Source: Eledone cirrhosa (lineage: Eukaryota). Taken from it: a stretch of 64,000 nt of DNA. The DNA lies in NCBI GenBank assembly GCA_964016885.1, contig OZ024740.1:46748001-46812000 (forward strand), read 5' to 3'. The stretch's first letter is position 1; each line of letters starts with the position of its first letter. Position numbers and translations under genes: made by a program. This document shows, piece after piece, positions 48,601 to 61,500 of this stretch. The notes below the pieces were generated by a model, which searched no databases, had not been told where the DNA came from, and worked only from the letters and a program-made list of their open reading frames with translations.

Positions 48601-48714
48601 AACAAGGGGAAGAAGAATACTGCATGGTTGCACATGGATTACATATTATAAAATTAGTCCCTCATCAGTGATTTTGCCAACCATCATTGGTATTTCATCG
48701 CATTAAAAATCACA

Positions 48715-49060
48715 CAGTAACACGTGCTGTATCTACTAAAAATACACACATCATACCAACTTCGCCCCAGTGGCGTGAATAGGGTTATCGACAACTAGAA
48801 ACAGCAGTCAAGTCCTTTCAACAGAGTTAGCTCTACAATTAAGGAGCCGTATTTATATATCTATATCCAAAATTAAGATAAATCAAAGTGAATTTAATCT
48901 AAATCAAAATTATGGGTGTCATGCCAGAAAGCTAATTTGTAGAGCTAACTCTGTTGAAAGGACTTGACTGCTGTTTCTAGTTGTCGATAACCCTATTCAC
49001 GCCACTGGGACGAAGCTGGTATGATGTGTGTATTTTTAGTAGATACAGCACGTGTTACTG
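48715..49060. repeat. 124-bp near-perfect inverted repeat with 98-bp spacer
   Basis: 48715-48838 is the reverse complement of 48937-49060 with two mismatches. Confidence 0.92.
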
Positions 49061-49342
49061 GCCAGTCGCTGATTTGAACTTAATGCGTAAACACAGATGG
49101 CTGGACTTCTTCCTTGTTGAAAATCCAAGTATCGGCCTCCGTGGTTTACCATTCGATTAATTGGTGAAATATATTTCTTTAATGGAATATATACAGGGAA
49201 GATTAATCATATTATAAGGTATCTATTTTTGAAGTTCTAGTTAACTTTATTTAGTTACCTACCTAGCTATGTGTGCTTGCGCACTTGTAAAAATTATCCC
49301 CTTGTGATTGTTTCATATATTTATTTATATGTTAATATAAAT

Positions 49343-49496
<154 letters not shown>

Positions 49497-49757
49497 AATT
49501 ATTATGGATCGATTTTTATTAATTGTTTGCAATTTTATCTTTGCTTTCTATACTGAAGGCCTGGTCGAGTGCTTCCAGAGCTCATTCTTTACTTTTTTCA
49601 ATTTGTAAAAATGACCGGCGTGTTCCTCATAAATAGGGAATACTAGCCTAGCTCCCTTTCACTGTCACATGACGCTGAAAGTGGCGCTGACTACTGTAAC
49701 GGTGATTCCACACCGAATACAGTGGGCTAGTGCTTGACCTATTCCGAGGAGGCTCAC

Positions 49758-50057
49758 TTCCCGCCGATGAAGTTACTCTTAGCTGATTAATTAATGTTTA
49801 ATAACATTACCTAATTTCTGTGCACACCAGCCTAACATGGACTGCCGCCAGCAGATGGGGTAGCAGAAACTAGTGCATTAGTCTGGGGACAGAGGATTAA
49901 ATTCTCTACCCACACGAAATCGTTTCTCTCACTATTTAACGTACAAATGTACATTCTGCTTTTCTTCTTGGTTTGGTATCTTAATTAAAGCATTGAGTGA
50001 GTGACAGAACGGTCGGAGATACACCGGTTCTTCCGATGACTTCGTTTCAATATTATA
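49758..50057 (+). mobile_element. ~300-bp dispersed repeat carrying a hammerhead-like motif (copy B)
   Basis: TTCCCG-CCGATGA-A-GTTACTCT...GGGGTAGC-A-GAAAC-TAGTGCATTA-GTC-TGGGGA. Confidence 0.6.
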
Positions 50058-50735
50058 TACTAGCTGAATTACCCGGCGTTTCCCGGGTTACTGTTGTTCT
50101 TATTTAGATTAGTAAACAATAAATATGAAGATATGTTTTTTTCTCATAATTATTTCAAAATATCTATATTCTATTAAAAAAATATCAAAACTGTAATGAT
50201 AATAGAATTTAGAAATGAAAATCTGTCAATCTTGAAGCACCTCAGGGTAAACAATATTCATTGTGTTATTTTTTGTTGCGTCCAAATGAATAAATTGTTG
50301 CTCACACACATACACTCACACACATACACTCTCACATACGCTCACACTCACTCACATACACTCACATACATATACTAAGGCAGACGCACACAGACATACA
50401 TTTACACACACCTGTCTGTCATCACATATGTATCTGTATGTCTAGATGTGTGTGTGTGTTTAATTCTCTGAGGCCTAACGTATGTAACGAACTCGCAAAC
50501 ACATACGCACTCACAGATACATACACACTCATATACAACGTGTCGTCATCGTGGTGGTGGTCGACGTCGTGGTTTACTATAGTTCACTATAGAAAGGTTA
50601 TTTTAGTTAAAATATATTTTTTTAATCCAAATGAAAATAATAATTATATGTTGATATTCCCGGAGCCAACTTGTAAAATTTGATTTGATTTGGTCCAGTC
50701 GTTTGCATAGGAACAGACAGACAGGGTGACAAAGA

Positions 50736-50790
<55 letters not shown>
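50058..50790 (+). mobile_element. Non-autonomous Helentron/HINE-like element
   Basis: 5' ACTAGCTGAATTACCCGGCGTTTCCCGGG hairpin end; 3' aaaatttgatttgatttggtccagtcgttt...acagacagacag...tatatatag end; internal CA-rich repeats. Confidence 0.7.
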
Positions 50791-50806
<16 letters not shown>

Positions 50807-51025
50807 GAAAATAATATATCGTTAAAGGTAATCCGATAAGAGGTTGTGAAAACTACTTATCATGGATAGTTTAAGCGTACGGCGTTGTGTGACTCAACAA
50901 GAGGTTTACGTGGATGGCGAGTTAATGACTTCACTTGTATTCCCATGTAAGTATATCTTGGAGTGATAAAATTGAAAAAGTGAAGAATAACATGGTCAAC
51001 AGTACAAACAAGGACATTTATTTAC

Positions 51026-51132
51026 AATCTAACAATTGTTTCCATGATAGAGATGTCTAGAAATTGCTAAACACGGAAGGCAGTGGCACTCAATTTAAAA
51101 TACATGCAACCCCCATCATTTCGTCAGAGACT
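51026..51132 (-). ncRNA. Type-I hammerhead-like motif with extended stem II
   Basis: AGTCT-CTGACGA-A-ATGATGGGGGT...ATCTCTATCAT-G-GAAAC-AATT-GTT-AGATT, followed by AATAAA. Confidence 0.6.
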
Positions 51133-51165
51133 AATAGAAAATACAAAATATATGCGTAACGGTAA

Positions 51166-51300
51166 CGGTACTTTATTTTATCGACCCCGAAGGATGAAAG
51201 GCGAAGTTAACCTTGGCGGGATTTGAACTCAGATCATAAAGGGCCGTAACTCTTTGCTGCAAAGCATGGCGTCCGACCCTCTACCGATAGCGCCAATCCC
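51166..51300 (-). mobile_element. tRNA-derived SINE, 3'-truncated
   Basis: Family match. Confidence 0.85.
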
Positions 51301-51319
51301 CAATGATACAGACGACGGC

Positions 51320-51559
51320 GGTGATGACGATGGCGATTATGATGATGATTATGAGGCTGATGCTGATGGGGATAAATGAAGATGACGATGACGATGTTTA
51401 TGATGGATGATGATAAGGGCAACAACGACGACGATGATACTGAGAATGATGATGATGGTGATGATGAGGATGTTGATGTTGATGATGATGATGTTGATGA
51501 TGATGATGATGATGATGAGGATGTTGATGAGGATGTTGATGAGGATGATGATGATGATG

Positions 51560-51636
<77 letters not shown>

Positions 51637-51730
51637 AAGGATGTTGATGATGATGATGATGATGATGTTGATGATGTTGATGAGGATGATGATGATGATG
51701 AGGATGTTGATGAGGATGATGATGATGATG

Positions 51731-51777
<47 letters not shown>

Positions 51778-51880
51778 AAGGATGTTGATGATGATGATGA
51801 TGATGATGATGATAAGGATGTTGATGATGATGTTGATGATGATGATGATGACAATGACGACAACGATGAAGATGTTGGTT
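51320..51880. repeat. Imperfect (GAT)n trinucleotide expansion
   Basis: Directly visible; source of the poly-D/M/S/I ORFs. Confidence 0.95.
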
Positions 51881-52104
51881 AGAATGATTATGTTGGGGGG
51901 GAAAATGATAGTGATGAGGTTAGCACATCGTGTAACATATATTCTCGATTGTAGCAAGTCCAATAATAATTATGTACAGGTTTTGAGGTCTGGTTAGACA
52001 ACCACCTGCATTTAGGGTCTGTCGGAAATAAAGTTGTATCTGTTAAATAGTAAACAGATGTTTTCACATGAGATTATTGATGTTTTTGATGATTAGTCAC
52101 TGCT

Positions 52105-52560
52105 AGGGAAAGAAAGAGAGAAGGAAGGATGGCTGCAAGGACGGAAGCAAGGAAGGAATGAAGTAAGGAAAGAAAGAGAGAAGCAAAGAAGCAATGAAGC
52201 AAGGAAAGAAGGAAGGAAGTAAGGAAGGAAGGAAAGAAGGAATGAAGTAAGGAAAGAAGGAATGAAGCAAGGAAGGGAAGAAGGAAGCAAGGAAAAAATG
52301 AAGGAATGAAGTAAAGAAGGAACTAAGGAAGGAAGCAAGTCAGGATTAAGCAAGGAAGGAAAGAAGTAAGTAAGGAAGGAAGGATGCAAGGAAGGAATGA
52401 AGAAAGGAAGCAAGGAAGAATTAAGCAAGGAAGGAAAGAAGGAAGCAAGGAAGGAAGGAAGAAAGGAATGAAGAATTCAAGGAAGGAATAAATGTTGGAA
52501 AGAAGGACGGAAGAATTCAAGGAAGGAAGGAAGGTAGAAAGGAAGGATTCAATGAAGGAA
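52105..52560. repeat. Degenerate (GGAA)n low-complexity tract
   Basis: Directly visible. Confidence 0.9.
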
Positions 52561-55500
52561 TGGATAAAAGAAGAAAGGTAGGTAGGAAGGATTCAGGGAA
52601 GGAATAGGGGAATGAAGGAAAGTAGGAAGGAAGGTAGGAAGGATTCAGGGAAGGAATGGGGGAATGAAGGAAAGTAGGAAGAAAGGTAGGAAGGATTCAG
52701 GGAAGGAATGGGGGAATGAAGGAAAGTAGGAAGGAAGGTAGGAAGGATTCAGGGAAGGAATGGGGGAATGAAGGAAAGTAGGAAGAAAGGTAGGAAGGAT
52801 TCAGGGAAGGAATGGGGGAATGAAGGAAAGTAGGAAGGAAGGTAGGAACGATTCAGGGAAGGAATGGGGGAATGACGGAAAGTAGGAAGGAAGGTAGGAA
52901 GGATTCAGGGAAGGAATGGGAGAATGAAGGAAAATAGGAAGGAAGGTAGGACGGATTCAGGGAAGGAATGGGGGAATGAAGGAAAGTAGGAAGAAAGGTA
53001 GGAAGGATTCAGGGAAGGATGGGGGAATGAAGTAAAGCAGGAAGGATGGTAGGAAAGATTCAGGGAAGAAATGGGGGAATGAAGGAAAGTAGGAAGAAAG
53101 GTAGGAAGGATTCAGGGAAGAAATGGGGGAATGAAGGAAAGTAGGAAGGAAGGTAGGAAGGATTTAGGGAAGGAATGGGGGAATGAAGGAAAGTAGGAAG
53201 AAGGTAGGAAGGATTCAGAGAAGGAATGGGGGAATGAAGGAAAGTAGGAAGGAAGGTAGGAAGGATTCAGGGAAGAAATGGGGGAATTAAAGAAAGTAGG
53301 AAGAAAGGTAGGAAGGATTCAGGGAAGGAATGGGGGAATGAAGGAAAGCAGGAAGGAAGGTAGGAAGGATTTAGGGTAGGAATGGGGGAATGAAGGAAAG
53401 TAGGAAGAAAGGTAGGTAGGACTCAGGGAAGGAATTGGGGAATGAAGGAAAGTAGGAAGGAAGGTAGGAAGGCTTCAGGGAAGGAATGGGGGACTGAAGG
53501 AAAGTAGGATGGAAGGTAGGTAGGATTAAGGGAAGGAATGGGGAATGAAGGAAAGTAGGAAGGAAGAAGGAAGGTAGGAAGGATTCAGGTAAGGAATGGG
53601 GGAATGAAGGAAAGTAGGAAGGATTCAGGGAAGGAATGGGGAATGAAGGAAAGTAGGAAGGAAGGTAGGAAGGATTCAGGGAAGGAATGGGGTAATGAAG
53701 GAAAGTAGGAAGGAAGGTAGGAAGGATTCAGGGAAGGAATGGGGGAATGAAGGAAAGTAGGAAGGAAGGTAGGAAGGATTCAGGGAAGGAATGGGGGAAT
53801 GAAGGAAAGTAGGAAGAAAGGTAGGAAGGATTCAGGGAAGGAATGGGAGAATGAAGGAAAGTAGGAAGGAAGGTAGGAAGGATTCAGGGAAGGAATGGGG
53901 GAATGAAGGAAAGCAGGAAGCAAGGTAGGAAGGAATTAGGGAAGGAATGGCGGAATGAAGGAAAGTAGGAAGGAAGGTAGGAAGGATTCAGGGAAGGAAT
54001 GGGGGAATGAAAGAAAGTAGGAAGAAAGGTAGGAAAGATTCAGGGAAGGAATTGGGGAATGAAGGAAAGTAGGAAGGAAAGTAGGAAGGAAGGATTCAGG
54101 GAAGGAATGGGGGAATGAAGGAAAGTAGGAAGGAAGGTAGGAAGGATTCAGGGAAGGAATGGGGGACTGAAGGAAAGTAGGAAGGAAGGTAGGTAGGATT
54201 AAGGAAAGGAATGGGGAATGAAGGAAAGTAGGAAGGAAGAAGGAAGGTAGGAAGGATTCAGGTAAGGAATGGGGGAATGAAGGAAAGTAGGAAGGATTCA
54301 GGGAAGGATTCAGGGAAGGAATGGGGGGAATGATGTAAAGTAGAAAGGAAGGTAGGAAGGATTCAGTGAAGGAATGGGAGAATGAAGGAAAGTGGGAAGA
54401 AAGGTAGGAAGGATTCAGGGAAGGAATGGGGGAATGAAGGAAAGTAGGTAGGAAGGTAGGTAGGATTCAGGGAAGTCATGGGGAAAAGTAGGAAGGAAGG
54501 TAGGAAGGATTCAGTGAAGGAATGTGGAATGAAGGAATGTAGGAAGGAGGGTAGGAAGGATTCAGGAAAGGAATGGGGGAATGAAGGAAAGTAGGAAGGA
54601 AGGTAGGAAGGATTCAGGGAAGGAATGGGGGAATGAAGGAAAGTAGGAAGAAAGGTAGGAAGGATTCAGGGAAGGAATGGGGGAATGAAGGAAAGTAGGA
54701 AGAAAGGTAGGAAGGATTCAGGGAAGGAATGGGGGAATGAAGGAAAGTAGGAAGAAAGGTAGGAAGGATTCAGGGAAGGAATGGGGGAATGAAGTAAAGT
54801 AGGAAGAAAGGTAGGAAGGATTCAGGGAAGGAATGGGGGAATGAAGGAAAGTAGGAAGAAAGGTAGGAAGGATTCAGGGAAGGAATGGGGGAATGAAGGA
54901 AAGTAGGAAGGAAGCTAGGAAGGATTCAGCGAAGGAATGTGGAATGAAGGAATGTAGGAAGGAGGGTAGGAAGGATTCAGGAAAGGAATGGGGGAATGAA
55001 GGAAAGTAGGAAGGAAGGTAGGAAGGATTCAGGGAAGGAATGGGGGAATGAATGAAAGTAGGAAGGAAGGTAGGTAGGATTAAGGGAAGGAATGGGAGAA
55101 TGATGGCAAGTAGGAAGGAAGGAAGGTAGGAAGGATTCAGGGAAGGAATGTGGGAATAAAGGAAAGTAGGAAGGAAGGTAGGTAGGATTCAGGGAAGGAA
55201 TGGGGAATGAAGGAAAGTAGGAAGAAAGGTAGGTAGGATTCAGGGAAGGAATGGGGGAATGAAGGAAAGTAGGAAGGAAGGTAGGAAGGATTCAGGGAAG
55301 GAATGGGGAATGAAGGAAAGTAGGAAGAAAGGTAGGAAGGATTCAGGGAACGAATGGGGGAATGAAGGAAAGTAGGAAGGAAGGTAGGTAGGATTCAGGG
55401 AAGGAATGGGGGAATGAAGGAAAGTAGGAAGAAAGGCAGGTAGGATTCAGGGAAGGAATGGGGGAATGAAGGAAAGTAGGAAGAAAGGTAGGTAGGATTC

Positions 55501-58500
55501 AGGGAACGAATGGGGGAATGAAGGAAAGTAGGAAGGAAGGTAGGTAGGATTCAAGGAAGGAATGGGGGAATGAAGGAAAGCAGGAAGAAAGGTAGGAAGG
55601 ATTCAGGGAAGGAATGGGGGAATGAAGGAGAGCAGGAGGGAAGGTAGGAAGGATTCAGGGAAGGAATGGGGGAATGAAGGAAGGTAGGAAGTATTCAGGG
55701 AAGGAATGCGGGAATGAAGGAAAACAGGAAGGAAGGTAGGAAGGATTCAGGGAAGGAATGGGGGAATGAAGGAAGGTAGGAAGGATTCAGGGAAGGAATG
55801 GCTGAATGAAGGAAAGTAGTAAGGAAGATAGGAAGGATTCAGGAAAGGAATGGGGGAATGAAGCAAAGTAGGAAGGAAGGTAAGAAGGATTCAGGGAAGG
55901 AATGGGGGAATGAAGGAAAGTTGGAAGGAAGGTAGGAAGGATTCAGGGAAGGAATGGGGGAATGAAGGAAAGTAGGAAGGAAGGTAAGAAAGATTCAGGG
56001 AAGGAATGGGGGAATGAAGGAGAGTGGGAAGAAAAGTAGGAAGGAATGGTAGAATGAAGGAAAGTAGGAAGGAAGGTTGGAAGGATTCAGGGAAGGAATG
56101 GGGGAATGAAGGAAAGTAGGAAGGAAGGTAGGAAGGATTCAGGGAAGGAATGGGGGAATGAAAGAAAGTAGGAAGGAAGGTAGGAAGAATTAAGGGAAGG
56201 AATGGGGGAATGAAGGAAAGCAGGAAGGAAGGTAGGAAGGATTCAGGGAAGGAAAGCAGGGAGGAAGGTAGGAAGGATTCAGGGAAGGAATGGAGGAATG
56301 AAGGAAAGTAGGAAGAAAGGTAGGAATGATTTTGGGAAGGAATGGGGGAATGAAGGAAAGTAGGAAGGAAAGTAGGAAGGAAGGATTCAGTGAAGGAATG
56401 GGGGAATGAAAGAAAGTAGGAAGGAAGGTAGGTAGGATTCAGGGAAGGAATTGGGGAATGAAGGAAAGTAGAAAGGAAGGTAGGAAGGATTCAGGGAAGG
56501 AATGGGAGACTGAAGGAAAGTAGGAAGGAAGGTAGGTAGGATTAAGGGAAGGAATGGGGAATGAAGGAAAGTAGGAAGGAAGAAAGAAGGTAGGAAGGAT
56601 TCAGGTAAGGAATGGGGGAATGAAGGAAAGTAGGAAGGATTCAGGGAAGGATTCAGGGAAGGAATGGGGGAATGAAGTAAAGTAGGAAGGAAGGTAGGAA
56701 GGATTCAGTGAAGGAATGGGGGAATGAAGGAAAGCAGGAAGAAAGGTAGGAAGGATTCAGGGAAGGAATGGGAGAATGAAGGAAAGTAGGAAGAAAGGTA
56801 GGAAGGATTCAGGGAAGGAATGGGGGACTGAAGGAAAGTAGGAAGGAAGGTAGGTAGGATTCAGGGAAGGAATGGGGGAATGAAGGAAAGTAGGGAGAAA
56901 AGTAGGAAGGATTCAGGGAAGGAATGGGGAAAGAAGGAAAGTAGGAAGGATTCAGCGAAGGAATGTGGAATGAAGGAATGTAGGAAGGAAGGTAGGAAGG
57001 ATTCAGGAAAGGAATGGGGGAATGAAGGAAAGTAGGAAGGAAGGTAGAAAGGATTCAGGGAAGGAATGGGGGAATGAAGGAAAGTAGGTAGGAAGGTAGG
57101 TAGGATTCAGGGAAATAATGGGGAATGAAGTAAACTAGGAAGGAAGGTAGGAAGGATTCAGTGAAGGAATGGGTGAATGAAGGAAAGCAGGAAGAAAGGT
57201 AGGAGGGATTCAGGGAAGGAATGGGGGAATGAAGGAAAGTAGGAAGAAAGGTAGGAAGGATTCAGGGAAGGAATGGGGGAATGAAGTAAAGTAGGAAGAA
57301 AGGTAGGAAGGAGTCAGGGAAGGAATGGGGGAATGAAGGAAAGTAAAAAGAAAGGTAGGAAGGTTTCAGGGAAGAAATGGGGGAATGAAGGAAAGTAGGA
57401 AGGAAGGTAGGGAGGATTCAGGGAAGGAATGGGGGAATGAAGGAAAGTAGGAAGGAAGGTAGGAACGATTCAGGGAAGGAATGGGGGAATGACGGAAAGT
57501 AGGAAGGAAGGTAGGAAATATTCAGGGGAGGAATGGGGGAATGAAGGAAAGTAGGAAGGAAGGTAGGAAGGAGTCAGGGAACGAATGGGGGAATGAAGGA
57601 AAGTAGGAAGAAAGGTAGGAAGGATTCAGGGAAGGAATGGGGGAATGAAGGAAAGTAGGAAGAAAGGTAGGTAGGATTCAGGGAAGGAATGGAGGAATGA
57701 AGGAAAGCAGGAAGGAAGGTAGGAAGGAGTTAGGGAAGGAATGGGGGAATGAAGGAAAGTAGGGAGAAAGGTATGAAGGATTCAGAGAGGGAATGGGGGA
57801 ATGAAGGAAAGTAGGAAGAAAGGTAGGTAGGATTCAGAGAAGGAATGGGGGAATGAAGGAAAGTAGTAAGGAAGTTAGGAAGGATTCAGGGAAGGAATGG
57901 GGGAATGAAGGAAAGTGGTAAGAAAGGTAGGAAGGATTCAGGGAAGGAATGGGAGAATGAAGGAAAGTAGGAAGGAAGGTAGGAAGGCTTCAGGGAAGGA
58001 ATGGGGGAATGAAGGAAAGTAGGAAGGAAGGTAAGAAGGATTCAGGGAAGGAATGGGGGAATGAAGGCAAGCAGGAAGGAAGGTAGTAAGGATTCAGGGA
58101 AGGAATGGGGGAATGAAGGAAAGCAGGAAGAAAGGTAGGAAGGATTCAGGGAAGGAATGGGGGAATGAAGGAAAGCAGGAAGGAAGGTAGGAAGGATTCA
58201 GGGAAGGAAAGCAGGAAGGAAGGTAGGAAGGATTCAGGGAAGGAATGGAGGAATGAAGGAAAGTAGGAAGAAAGGTAGGAATGATTTTGGGAAGGAATGG
58301 AGGAATGAAGGTAAGCAGGAAGTAAGGTAGGAAGGATTCAGGGAAGCAATGGGGGGAATGAAGGAAAGTAGGAAGAAAGGTAGGAATGATTTACGGAAGG
58401 AATAGGGGAATGAAGGAAAGCAGGAAGGAAGGTAGGAAGGATTCAGGGAAGGAATGGGGGAATGAAGGAAAGTAGGAAGAAAGGTAGGAACGATTCAGGG

Positions 58501-61500
58501 AAGGAATGGGGGAATGAAGGAAAGCAGGAAGGAAGGTAGGAAGGATTTTTAGGGAAGGAATGGGGGAATAAAGGAAAGTAGGAAGGAAGGTAGGAAGGAT
58601 TCAGGGAAGGAATGGGGGAATGAAGGAAAGTAAGAAGAGAGGTAGGAAGGATTCAGGGAAGGAATGGGGGAATGAAGGAAAGTAGGAAGGAAGGTAGGTA
58701 GGATTAAGGGAAGGAATGGGAGAATGAAGGAAAGTAGGAAGGAAGAAAGGTAGGAAGGATTCAGGGAAGGAATGTGGGAATAAAGGAAAGTAGGAAGGAA
58801 GGTAGGTAGGATTCAGGGAAGGAATGGGGGAATGAAGGAAAGTAGGAAGAAAGGTAGGTAGGATTCAGGGAAGGAATGGGGAATGAAGGAAAGTAGGAAG
58901 AAAGGTAGGAAGGATTCAGGGAACGAATGGGGGAATGAAGGAAAGTAGGAAGGAAGGTAGGTAGGATTCAGGGAAGGAATGGGGGAATGAAGGAAAGTAG
59001 GAAGAAAGGCAGGTAGGATTCAGGGAAGGAATGAGGGAATGAAGGAAAGCAGGAGGGAAGGTAGGAAGGATTCAGGGAAGGAATGGGGGAATGAAGGAAG
59101 GTAGGAAGTATTCAGGGAAGGAATGGGGGAATGAAGGAAAACAGGAAGGAAGGTAGGAAGGATTCAGGGAAGGAATGGGGGAATGAAGGAAGGTAGGAAG
59201 GATTCAGGGAAGGAATGGCTGAATGAAGGAAAGTAGTATGGAAGGTAGGAAGGATTCAGGAAAGGAATGGGGGAATGAAGGAAAGTAGGAAGGAAGGTAA
59301 GAAGGATTCAGGGAAGGAATGGGGGAATGAAGGAAAGTAGGAAGGAAGGTAGGAAGGATTCAGGGAAGGAATGAGGGAATGAAGGAAAGTAGGAAGGAAG
59401 GTAAGAAAGATTCAGGGAAGGAATGGGGGAATGAAGGAGAGTGGGAAGAAAGGTAGGAAGGATTCAGGGAAGGAATGGTAGAATGAAGGAAAGTAGGAAG
59501 GAAGGTTGGAAGGATTCAGGGAAGGAATGGGGGAATGAAGGAAAGTAGGAAGGAAGGTAAGAAGGAATCAGGGAAGGAATGGGGGAATGAAGGAAAGTAG
59601 GAAGGTAGGTAGGAAGGATTCAGGGAAGGAATGGGGGAATGAAGGAAAGTAGGAAGGAAGGTAGGAAGGATTCAGGGAAGGAATGGGGGAATGAAGGAAA
59701 ACAGGAAGGAAGGTAGGAAGGATTCAGGGAAGGAAAGCAGGGAGGAAGGTAGGAAGGATCCAGGGAAGGAATGGAGGAATGAAGGAAAGTAGGAAGAAAG
59801 GTAGGAATGATTTTGGGAAGGAATGGGGGAATGAAGGAAAGTAGGAAGGAAGGATTCAGGGAAGGAATGGGGGAATGAAGGAAAGTAGGAAGGAAGGTAG
59901 GTAGGATTCAGGGAAGGAATTGGGGAATGAAGGAAAGTAGGAAGGAAGGTAGGAAGGATTCAGGGAAGGAATGGGGGACTGAAGGAAAGTAGGAAGGAAG
60001 GTAGGTAGGATTAAGGGAAGGAATGGGGAATGAAGGAAAGTAGGAAGGAAGAAGGAAGGTAGGAAGGATTCAGGTAAGGAATGGGGGAATGAAGGAAAGT
60101 AGGAAGGATTCAGGGAAGGATTCAGGGAAGGATTCAGTGAAGGAATGGGGGAATGAAGGAAAGTAGGAAGGAAGGTAGGAAGGATTCAGGGAAGGAATGG
60201 GGGAATGAAGGAAAGTAGGAAAGAAGGTAGGAAGGATTCAGGGAAGGAATGGGGGACTGAAGGAAAGTAGGAAGGAAGGTAGGTAGGATTCAGGGAAGGA
60301 ATGGGGGAATGAAGGAAAGTAGGGAGAAAAGTAGGAAGGATTCAGGGAAGGAATGGGGGAATGAAGGAAAGTAGGTAGGAAGGTAGGTAGGATTCAGGGA
60401 AGTAATGGGGAATGAAGTAAACTAGGAAGGAAGGTAGGAAGGATTCAGTGAAGGAATGGGTGAATGAAGGAAAGCAGGAAGAAAGGTAGGAGGGATTCAG
60501 GGAAGGAATGGGGGAATGAAGTAAAGTAGGAAGAAAGGTAGGAAGGATTCAGGGAAGGAATGGGGGAATGAAGTAAAGTAGGAAGGAAGGTAGGAAGGAT
60601 TCAGGGAAGGAATGGGGGAATGAAGGAAAGTAGGAAGGAAGGTAGGAAGGATTCAGGGAAGGAATGGGGGAATGAAGGAAAGTAGGAAGAAAGGTATAAA
60701 GGATTCAGGGAAGGAATGGGGGAATGAAGGAAAGTAGGAAGGAAGGTAGGGAGGATTCAGGGAAGGAATGGGGGAATGAAGGAAAGTAGGAAGGAAGGTA
60801 GGAACGATTCAGGGAAGGAATGGGGGAATGACGGAAAGTAGGAAGGAAGGTAGGAAAGATTCAGGGAAGGAATGGGGGAATGAAGGAAAGTAGGAAGGAA
60901 GTTAGGAAGGATTCAGGGAAGGAATGGGGGAATGAAGGAAAGTGGTAAGAAAGGTAGGAAGGATTCAGGGAAGGAATGGGAGAATGAAGGAAAGTAGGAA
61001 GGAAGGTAGGAAGGATTCAGGGAAGGAATGGGGGAATGAAGGAAAGTAGGAAGGAAGGTAAGAAGGATTCAGGGAAGGAATGGGGGAATGAAGGCAAGCA
61101 GGAAGGAAGGTAGAAAGGATTCAGGGAAGGAATGGGGGAATGAAGGAAAGCAGGAAGAAAGGTAGGAAGGTTTCAGGGAAGGAATGGGGGAATGAAGGAA
61201 AGCAGGAAGGAAGGTAGGAAGGATTCAGGGAAGGAAAGCAGGGAGGTAGGTAGGAAGGATTCAGGGAAGGAATGGAGGAATGAAGGAAAGTAGGAAGAAA
61301 GGTAGGAATGATTTTGGGAAGGAATGGAGGAATGAAGGTAAGCAGGAACTAAGGTAGGAAGGATTCAGGGAAGGAATGGGGGGAATGAAGGAAAGTAGGA
61401 AGAAAGGTAGGAATGATTTACGGAAGGAATAGGGGAATGAAGGAAAGCAGGAAGGAAGGTAGGAAGGATTCAGGGAAGGAATGGGGGAATGAAGGAAAGT

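Noticed and set aside
51234-51997. Long poly-S/I/D/M ORFs
   Set aside because: Frame readings of the (GAT)n repeat.
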